From positions 1-64,000 of the forward strand of contig JALAIB010000002.1 of assembly GCA_023645945.1 (NCBI GenBank): a stretch of 64,000 bases of DNA, read 5' to 3'. The stretch is from Diploschistes diacapsis (lineage: Eukaryota). This document shows, in pieces, positions 12,301 to 21,214 of this stretch. The notes below the pieces were generated by a model. It was not told the DNA's origin and did no database searches. It worked only from the letters and a program-made list of their open reading frames with translations. A program made the translations under genes and the position numbers. Every line of letters starts with the position of its first letter. Within the stretch, counting starts at the first letter, position 1.

Positions 12301-13635
12301 GTCTCCCTTGCAACACCATAGCTCGAAGATCCATAATTGATAATAGAATGAGAACATGAGCGACAAGAATTATCTTAGTGCTCAAAGTCATTCATCCAGT
12401 GAACGATGAAGGCCATTCGTCATTCCTATTCTGGTTTGAATGGTCATCATTGCAAACTTCAAAAGGTAACAAGGACCCGACTTCAGAGTACCTCATAGCC
12501 TTGTCACTTTATCTACAAACCATGAGGATTGAGCAAGGCCTACAGCAAGGCGTTTCGCTAGCACAGGTATAGCAAAGTTGAAGAAAGCCACGGACAGGAT
12601 GAGGAGAGGAATCTTACATTGGAGCTCGGGACTGCTCCTGTCTGACCGAGCGGGAAAATGCGGATCGTCTGTATAAAGTGGCTGACGGGTACGCTATAAA
12701 GGATCTGATTTTCGCCCAAGAGGCAGCGCTAGCATGTGGTAGAGCTCCATGCTCGCCTGTGCGAAGGAAGTTTGCTTTGTATCCCGCTTTGGCCCTGTTA
12801 GCGGTGGAGGAAGAAGCATTATCAGAGGGCCAATCTGCAAAACTCCAGAGCAAGGACAAGATAACAAATCGTATGGAATATACGAAGCGCTAGATACAAG
12901 CACAATCGCAGCCGCCAATCATATATCACATTGCCGGCCTTTCGGAAATGATATAAATTCCAAGCCTATTCCTTCTCCCTCTCAAACCGAGTCCCTTAGC
13001 ATTTGAATTAATGATAGCCAAATGCTTGTTTGAAGGTTGAAACGTATGATGCAAAATCATGGTGCAGGGCTGGCATGGGAGCCCTGGCCTGGCATTAGAC
13101 AGAACCTGTTTGGAAGTCAAAAGCTTCCCATATTTTGATTGCTGGCCTTGCCATGTAACTTGATGTAAGCCATGGGGCTGTACTGAGTCGTGGCTAGAGT
13201 TACAGCCTTGTTCACAACAAGACCTCTCCGTAGGTCCATGTAAGGGGGGGAGTAGCGATTGGCGAATGAGTTGTACTTGAAACAACCCTGTTTTTAGACC
13301 AGGGGAAGAAGTCACGTGTAGCACGTGGGGAGCATGCAGAACCAATGTGGTTTCGCTATATATATCAGTTTAGTTCAATACTGGCAGAATCCAGTATTGT
13401 TGGTCTTTTGGCTATGTGGCCTAGCGGTACTAAACTGGCGCTTTGTAATATCACACCAAAACAAAGTCTACTCTACAACCTATATCGCAGATGCAAAAAT
13501 AGACTGTGCCTGTTCCTAGCGTGGTTGCACTCTGCTACTCTATTTAGGAAAGCTTTGATCCCACATGTATGGAGCCCATAGAGGCTCGCAGGCTATCTAT
13601 CGCCAGTGGTCCGTCTTCTGTCAAAATTCTGAAGC

Positions 13636-15066
13636 ATGCCCGCTCCTCTCCTGGATCGAATCTCAACTGGTAGCGCCGGAAGCCGCCTGAAAGGCGAGCT
13701 TCCGGACTTGCACCAGCACCACCACTCTTACCACGCCCATGGCACTGGCCACGAGCCTTACGATACCTCAATCATCGACTATGCGGACGAAGTGACGCAA
13801 CTGAACTCAAAACTGCAGATTGTTTGGAGCGAAGCAATGGACGACGATTACTACACGAGCAGTACAAACTACGAACATGTCCAAGTGCTCATGCTTTCGT
13901 GGGAGAAGGAGGCCGACGACCTCAGTGTGCAGGAAGAGATCGATAACCTGACCGAAGTTTTTCAAGACACATACAACTACCACGTCACTCACAAGATGAT
14001 CAAGAAAAGGGAAAAAAAGAAAGCTCAAACCCAGATCAATGCCATCGTCGCGAACTGGGTTGATGAACACGATGGTCTTAAAACGTTGCTGGTGGTCTAC
14101 TTCGCTGGGCATGGAAAACCCGGGCATCAAGCTGGTGAGCTCGTCATCAATGGCTACCAAAACCAGCCCTCGGACGTTCGGAGGTATCTCAACGAAGTTG
14201 TATGGAATATTACAGAGTACGTGCTGCGAGACATTCAATCCGATGTTCTCCAGATCTTCGACTGTTGCTACGCGGGAACGTTAGGTACAAGAGGGGGCTC
14301 ACAACAGTCTTTTGAGTATCTTGCAGCTACCGGAGCTGACGATACGACTGCAAGCCCGGGCAACAATTCGTTCACTTCAGCTCTGGTTTGGGCCTTGAAG
14401 GAACTCGCAAAAGACAGCACAGCCCGTTTCACTACAGTTCATCTGCTCGAGAAGATCCGGCAAAAGCCAGGTTTCCCAGAAGAACAGGAGCCAGTCTTGT
14501 CGAAGCGACGAGAGAACTCCGCAAACGAACGCATCATAATCCATCCCCTGAAACCTGGAAGCCCTGTGAGCGGTGCACCTAGGCCTAATGGAATAAGCCA
14601 TCACAACATACCCCACCAGGACGTCGTGACTCTCAAGTTCGTCTTCGAGTCTCGTCCGAGCGAGCGAGACATTCGCAACCTTGGCTCTGATCTCAATCAC
14701 GTCGTGCGACAGCATCAATTACACGTCAATCGCATCATGTGGGGTGGCATTCAGCCCCGAGCCGACATGGTATACCGCGCAATATCCAACATGAAGGCTC
14801 TGCGTTCGCGCCGCCAGTCCGAGATGCATGGACTGGGCACTAACGGTAACAGATTCCAGTCCAAGGCGGTGGAAGTCGCGACAAAATTCGTTCAAGATCT
14901 CCAAGAAGAGGTCCAAGAACACGTACAAGAGCAAGTTCAGGAGCAAGTGCATGAACAGGTTCATGAGGAGTTCCAGCGCGAACGGGAGGAATATGCGCAT
15001 ACAGCAGCTAGGAGGCTGGAGAAGAGCTCGACCAAGAGGTCGGTATCGGCGATGCTGGAGGAGTGA
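13636..15066 (+). CDS. Caspase-fold (clan CD, C14-like) cysteine protease-like protein with a C-terminal extension
   Basis: Intronless 476 aa. VQVLMLSWE, LLVVYFAGHG (His codon 14110-14112), LQIFDCCYAG (Cys codons 14263-14268), EYLAAT, SFTSALVWAL. Confidence 0.8.
   Translation: MPAPLLDRISTGSAGSRLKGELPDLHQHHHSYHAHGTGHEPYDTSIIDYADEVTQLNSKLQIVWSEAMDDDYYTSSTNYEHVQVLMLSWEKEADDLSVQEEIDNLTEVFQDTYNYHVTHKMIKKREKKKAQTQINAIVANWVDEHDGLKTLLVVYFAGHGKPGHQAGELVINGYQNQPSDVRRYLNEVVWNITEYVLRDIQSDVLQIFDCCYAGTLGTRGGSQQSFEYLAATGADDTTASPGNNSFTSALVWALKELAKDSTARFTTVHLLEKIRQKPGFPEEQEPVLSKRRENSANERIIIHPLKPGSPVSGAPRPNGISHHNIPHQDVVTLKFVFESRPSERDIRNLGSDLNHVVRQHQLHVNRIMWGGIQPRADMVYRAISNMKALRSRRQSEMHGLGTNGNRFQSKAVEVATKFVQDLQEEVQEHVQEQVQEQVHEQVHEEFQREREEYAHTAARRLEKSSTKRSVSAMLEE
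14905..14970 (+). repeat. Imperfect 12-nt coding tandem repeat (EEVQ EHVQ EQVQ EQVH EQVH EEFQ)
   Basis: gaagaggtccaa gaacacgtacaa gagcaagttcag gagcaagtgcat gaacaggttcat gaggag. Confidence 0.8.
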
Positions 15067-15853
15067 TATTTACTGTCTCGCATGCTTTTCGCCTGCCTAG
15101 TTTTCTGTCCGTCTTGCATTGCTAGAATGCGTTTCGTTTCCGTAAGCACTTTTGTTTGACAGGGGTTTTGTTCCCCTTTCTATTAGTATTTCTGCGGCGT
15201 TCTGAGCGATACCCTGGTAATTTTCCAATTTCCAAGCATGCAATCCGCTACATCGCTTACATTGTAAATGATAAAAAAAAACACATTGTTGGTAATGAGC
15301 ATCTAGCGGCTAATACGTTAAAAGTTTTGTGTAATGTGTTTCTCCAGCGCTGTACGCCTCTCTAGAAGTCCTCCCCCTGCATCTGCGTTTGGCTTCCATA
15401 GGGTTATGCTTAGCCCCCGAGTTTGAGGCTCAGATCCTTCGCAAGGGGTCCCTGCTCGTGGTTGGGGGGCCAATATTGCGCCAGAGCGAATGACGGCCCT
15501 CCCAAATGGTGTGAGAGCCTCGAAACATTGTGGACTCCCTTTCGAGGCGGGTGCGCACGGAGGTAAGGCTTCACACATAGGCAAAATCAGGCAGTTTGCC
15601 TACTCACCCTTGCGGCAGTACACAACAGGTAAACCTTGCCAGCAATGAGCGCGCGCTGTCACTGCCTGGTTTTGTATACATAAATAGATTGCCACCCCCT
15701 CAGGTATTCGCACTTTCTTCTTGCACACAAATCCTTAAACGAAAGCGTGAAGCCGAAAAGGTTTCAGGTTTCCCTAATCGGCCCCACTAAGCTCGATTGG
15801 GTAATCTGACAGAAAGGAATCCTCCGTTCCTTCCCAGCAGACAGATTCTCATC

Positions 15854-16310
15854 ATGTCTGGCGAGCAAAAGCTGTTTGAGGAACAGGTAGAGGCAACTGT
15901 ACGCACAGGCAACGATACTTATATCAGTTGATGATCACTGACAGGAATGCTAGCCGGAGACTGAGGCTCTTTGGGAAGCTAGCTCTCACCCAACAACAAG
16001 GGCAAGCATCGACAAGAGAAAAGTCAAAGCCAGGGTAAGGCTAGCCTACTATCTTCCACCCCTCTGGGGTTTTTTTACCTTGGGAGGTCACTGACCTTCG
16101 TTCCTCCAGCCCCCACACCTGTTTACAACCGGCGCCAAGGTCCTCATGCGCAGGAGCTCGACCGATATCTTCGAGGATTATATGATCGTGACAGAACCTG
16201 TATTCGACGAAGATCGGAATGGGTGGGTCTACCGGCTCAAGGAAGATAGTTCGACGGGCCTTTCGTGGCCGAAGAAGGTCAAAGAGACGAACCTAAAGCG
16301 GAGAAGGTGA
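15854..16310 (+). CDS. Small three-exon 104-aa protein with an SH3/Tudor-like beta-barrel C-terminus (not in the ORF track)
   Basis: Exons 15854-15886, 15954-16034 and 16110-16310, with GT-AG introns and CTGAC branch sites. Product: MSGEQKLFEEQ|PETEALWEAS...KVKAR|PPHLFTTGAKVLMRRSSTDIFEDYMIVTEPVFDEDRNGWVYRLKEDSSTGLSWPKKVKETNLKRRR*. Confidence 0.7.
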
Positions 16311-17146
16311 AGCGAAAGCTATAGAATGATTCGCATTACCTGAATGGAATTGCACTTGCATCTTCGCCTTTCGTTCGTCACTGCCTCGTCTTTTATTAAT
16401 GCATTGTCTTCGGGCGGCGACTAGGTTCCTTGCTTTGTACGTGGCAGGACGGGGTCTTTGCCACACTTTTCAACAGTTGATGCATTGCCAGCTGAAGCTG
16501 GGGTTACCCTAATAATCCTATGCCGTAAAAACTCCCCTGGGCTTTTGGAAGAAAACTAGCCACACCAACATGAATCCCGAATGACGTTTCCAAACACAGC
16601 CACATAGTTAAGCCACACCACAAAATTTTCCCACACAATCATTGTTCCCAACCCACTCCCCAAACTTTTTAACTAAGCCTCGAGTGAAGAATATTCGGGA
16701 GGTGGCAGCCTGGGGCTCGAACCCACGACCTTCGACAAGCTCATCTCCATTCGCTTTCACTGGGTGTTGTATGCCGGTTCTGCAAGGGCAGTTGCCCAAA
16801 GGCGTAACTAGTTACCATGCCTGCTTATGTAATCTCCCATCTAGAAGGAAACGGGCGACTAAAAATTAACTGCCTTTGGATTAAGGCCATCTTTTTGGGG
16901 ACAGGCGAATAATGTATGTGTGCGCAATGATCAATTTGCCCAGGGTATCCTCACTCGGATATGCCGAGGGGTTGTATTTGCGTCGCAAGCACGCACAAAA
17001 GTCCATGCGCTCGCAAAAAAGAGCCTTTCCTACCGTGCAGTCGAGCGTAAATCTGCCTTACTCCAACGTCGGGGTCAGGCAAGGCCCGTTCGAGAATGCG
17101 CGCCCGGGGCTTGTTGCTGATCATCCTCTGCTCTGAATGTGTCCTA

Positions 17147-17215
17147 CAGTCAGGTGCCAAAAGTAGTTAGGTCCTGCCGCTTATGGTGTACCTAACTACT
17201 TTTGGCCTAGTACTG
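17147..17215. mobile_element. Miniature Tc1/mariner-type inverted-repeat element (MITE or internally deleted relic)
   Basis: TA|CAGT...ACTG|TA ends. Perfect 17-bp inverted repeat: gccaaaagtagttaggt (17156-17172) and acctaactacttttggc (17190-17206). Confidence 0.75.
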
Positions 17216-17387
17216 TAGGTCCCCCGAGAGTCCAGTCAGCCGAATAAAGGTTGTCAAGTTCGCACATTTACGCTTTTCTTGTTGGCTTTGCATTGCTTTT
17301 TGACTTTTTTTCGGCGTCTGTTGGCCTTTTTTCCTCCGTATCTGATTGCTTGCTGCTTTGCATGGGTCCTTGACGGTTAACGCAGTA

Positions 17388-18995
17388 ATGTCACATTCCA
17401 GTCCTAGCTCCTCCTCCGCAGCCTTGCCTGCCATATCCCATGATTTCGCGAAACAGATCGAAGAGGGTCGCTCGCCAGTTGGTATCTCCCACGACGAGGA
17501 GCGGGATACATTCGACGAGAAATTCGAATTGAAAAGCCCAACCGCGCTCAAAAGTAGAAGCAGCACCTTTGCAGCCGCCACTACCCGGAGTTCCATATCC
17601 GCCGTGCAAAAGGCGCTGTCATGGGGTACTTCCGTCGGCGCCGCCGTTAAGCCAAACACCTCTTCCTCCAAGGCCGAGGTGAAGGTCAATAAGCTCGAGG
17701 ATTATCCCCTGGGCTACCCACGCGTGAGCTACCTTCTCAACAGCGACGACTCCTTCATGATGTACCGGCGCTTCGGGCAGCTTCACTCCCGCCTGCTCCT
17801 GCACAAACAGGACCAACTGCGAGAAATGGAAGAAGAACTCTTGGCCCTCGACAAGCGGGACGACAAGCTCGAGGACACGCAGATCTACCTCAAATGCCGA
17901 TCCGAGGACGACGAGCGGGATCCGCCCAAGCGAGGGCGTAGCAGAAAGGAGCTGTTGGAGCAGATCGAGAAGACGTTGATGGAGTACGGCAGCGTGCTGA
18001 CGCAGGCGAATCAGCTGCAGGGGCTGAATCGGCCGACGGATCGGGACCACGCGAGCGTGTCTCATTATTTCCACAATGAGCAGCCGCTCATGGAGCAGGA
18101 TCGGGATTGGCTGTACCGGAAGGAGGACCTGGTGACGATAAGGGAGGGGAGAGAGCATGCGTGGCTGGATGCGGCGGTGGAGGGGTTCTTGCGGTGGTAT
18201 CCTTGTCGGCCCATCAAGGTATGAGAGACCCATTCCAAGTGCTATTATCGGGCATTGGCCGCCGAAAACCGGCGAATATGGCATGGTATAGGCTTCCCAG
18301 GGACACGAGACTGAGACAACCAACAGTACCTGTTCTGCTCCGAAGAAACACGCGCCAAAACATCCAATTCGACTATCCACTACTTTTCGCGCTCGCGCAT
18401 CAGCTTCGTCGTTACGCTGCTTATCACAATCCTTATCCTCGTTCTACTCGTGGTACCCATCTGGGTACTGTTCTACCTCACCGTAACTCTACGGACGGGC
18501 GTCGCGGATACGGTCTGCATCGGCGTTCTGCTTGTATGCACGCTCGTGTTCTCGTGTGTATTAAGTCTGTTCACGAGGGCGAAGCGGCACGAGATTCTGG
18601 CGGCAGCTGCTGGGTGAGTTCATTCAACGCCTTTATTCCCTTTTCACTACCACCGTATTCTATCTGGCGTTTCTGGGATATGGTCTACGAATGGGGCGGA
18701 GACGGCTTCATCAGCGGGAGCGCTCCAGTCGCTCCAGTGCGTCCTTCTTTCGTATTGCCATAGCAAACTTGTAATGATACAGATCGATATCCTGAAGGCA
18801 AAAAGCCCACTTTTATCCTGTCTTCCAACTCATATATACTCGCATGTGGCTTCCGCCTGCGGCTCAAGCGCATATCAATCCTCAAGATTCCGAACAAGTG
18901 AAGACGCAACAGACTAATTCCGCGAGAGCAGATACTGCGCCGTTCTCGTCGTCTTTGTGGGTAACGTAGGCAACAATAGCAACCTTCAGCAGTAG
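17388..18995 (+). CDS. DUF6594-type protein with an N-terminal helical domain and C-terminal transmembrane helices
   Basis: Exons 17388-18218, 18327-18613 and 18932-18995. Motifs GYPRVSYLLNSDDSFMMYRRFGQLHSRLLLHKQDQLREMEEEL, KEDLVTI, hydrophobic helices, and FTRAKRHEILAAAAG|YCAVLVVFVGN. Confidence 0.85.
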
Positions 18996-20097
18996 CCTTT
19001 CGAGGCTCCAATGGTCCAAGCGTGCTCGCTTGCCCTAACATTCCGGTATCGGTTATCAAGGCGTGCAATAGCTCGCAGGGGCGCATCCAACACCGATGCT
19101 CACGTCGGAACCTAGCTGGTCAGATCGATAGCCAAGGTACTCACCAACAGTCCGGGCCTCGAACCGCAAATTAAAACTCCCTCTCTCCCCCCTGCGGATC
19201 CAAAATACTAGCAAAAACGGGCGCCGTCCCTTAATTGCAAGGCGCCTTAGGACCATGTAGCTGGGTCAGACTGTATTCGGGAGCCTTGACACAGATGGAA
19301 TGGGAACTTTGCCACCGAGGCAGATTCTTCTGCCAGGAGGCAAAGGGGCAAGGGGAGGCTTGATATTGGAGAGTCTCTTGCTTTACCTACCTGGTACGTA
19401 GGGGTGGTCGGAAGGCCTGGGGTACAAGGCTTTAGAGTCAATATATAGGATTTTTTTTTGGTGGGATTGGGTGGGGGGGCATATTCCTCGAAGGGATAAG
19501 GATCGATGGGGGTTTGCATACTACCGGCCCTCGGATCTTCGTACATCGCTCAGGCACAGCAGATGCTGTCCGCTGTGGGGCATCATGATATATGATACTA
19601 GGTATGAACGACGATGGAGACGACGATGACGGCCGCTTATGTATATATAACTCTTCGAGATCACCTCTCACCTTACACAAAAATCGTGCATAACTCGCAT
19701 AAATTTCATAATCTGTATGGGGGGGTGTTACAAGTCGTTTTGATTGGCTATATAATATATGTTTGTGTGTTGCGTCGACTACCGTGGGTGCTAACCTTTG
19801 TTCTGAGGGGGTAACTTCGTAGATGCAAAAGCACAGCCTCCCCAAGAGCCGCAGGCATCGCATCAGTCCAGTCATCTAACCAAACCAGGAGGAGTGTGCT
19901 GGATCCTTCAGAGGAGCAAAACTGGCATAATGTAAGATAAGATCAAAAAACGTCTTAGCCCAAACATCTTCCCACAAGATGATTACACCAATGGCAGACC
20001 TGCCCGTTGCATTTCCGTCATCCTCCACCGGTGCGCTTCTGTTCTATGTAACCTCTCTTCTCTTTCCTCTCATTTGCATTTCAGCATCACGAGCATC

Positions 20098-21214
20098 ATG
20101 ACTACCCTCTCTTTCCCATTTCCAACCGCGTCCCGCACTGTTCTCGCTCCGCTGACCACGGTCTTCACGCCTGCAGCGACGTGCAGCTCATACGTTGCGA
20201 ATGGAATTCTTGCTCCTACCGTTGACTACTGGCAAGCCCAGGCTTGCTCGGACGGCGCCCCAGTAGATGCTCTCCCTTGTTGGCCGCCTGCTCTTGTCCA
20301 AACCTCGATCCCACTTCATGGACGAGGTTTCTACTCCCCTGGCTTGTCATGTCCTGCAGGCTATACATCCGCTTGCACGGCCGCTCAGTCAACGAATGGC
20401 TCCCCGAGCCCGCTGGCCCTGGGAACGTCGTTCGTCTTCCAATACCCTCTTACCGCAGGAGAGACAGCGATCGGATGCTGCCCTGGGTTAGTCAAAACCC
20501 GCGAGTGCACGAACATGCCTAACATCTTGCAGAGGTTTGACTTGCGGATATGGGACCGTCCAAAGTTCCACATGGCAGACATGTATGTCCATCGTAACGA
20601 GCGGGCCAGTAGATAACGTGGCCTTCTGCGACACATCTACCATCGGAACTACACAACTCATCAGCATTCCGGGTCCCTATGTCACGGACAACTCGAGTAC
20701 AGTCACCATAACCAAGGCAACCCTTTATGGGCCTCTGGTCCAGATCAACTTCAAAGCCACCGACATCTCATCATTAACTCCGCCTATGATCACAACAAGC
20801 AAATCCGCCCAGCCTGCCTCTGCGACAGGAGGCGGCTATGGGTCCAACAGCACCGCAGTCACGGACCAATCCGGCGATTCAGGCCTTTCAACCGGCGCAA
20901 AGATTGGCATCGGTGTAGGGGTACCTCTAGGAGTCTTGCTGCTCGCTGCAATCGCCGCCTTCTTCTTCCTCCGGAGACGGAAGAGCAAGCAAGGACCGGT
21001 TCCGATTCAACGGCCGCTAGGGGACCCGAGCAAAGCAAATTCGCCCGGTGGTCAAGGCCTGCACGGCCAGGGCGCCCACGCGCCACATGGGAAGTGGCAA
21101 AACATGTCCGAAGCCCCGGCTGGAAGGCCGGAAAACATCGAGCTTGACGGAAGAAATATGCCGTCAGAGGCGCCACCTGCGGAGCTACCCGCGGACGGGC
21201 CTGGATATAGGTGA
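20098..21214 (+). CDS. Single-pass membrane protein with a Cys/Thr-rich ectodomain; intron 20487-20532
   Basis: LTTVFTPAATC, FYSPGLSCPAGYTSAC, ETAIGCCP; TM segment GLSTGAKIGIGVGVPLGVLLLAAIAAFFFLRRRK; cytoplasmic IELDG/PAELP motifs. Confidence 0.8.

Noticed and set aside
12640..12900. RLYKVADGYAIKDL resembles a BTB-associated helix motif
   Set aside because: Too short, flanked by stops, and no BTB core is visible.
16690..16810. Complete tRNA gene on the minus strand
   Set aside because: Only the T-arm is convincing; no D-arm/A-box or anticodon stem could be folded. Kept only as a fragment finding.
17619..18380. 253-aa minus-strand ORF
   Set aside because: Antisense shadow of the GC-rich DUF6594 exon.
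19718..19732. G-run followed by TGTTACA, like a polypurine tract plus LTR start
   Set aside because: No second LTR, no matching end and no retroelement coding relic nearby.
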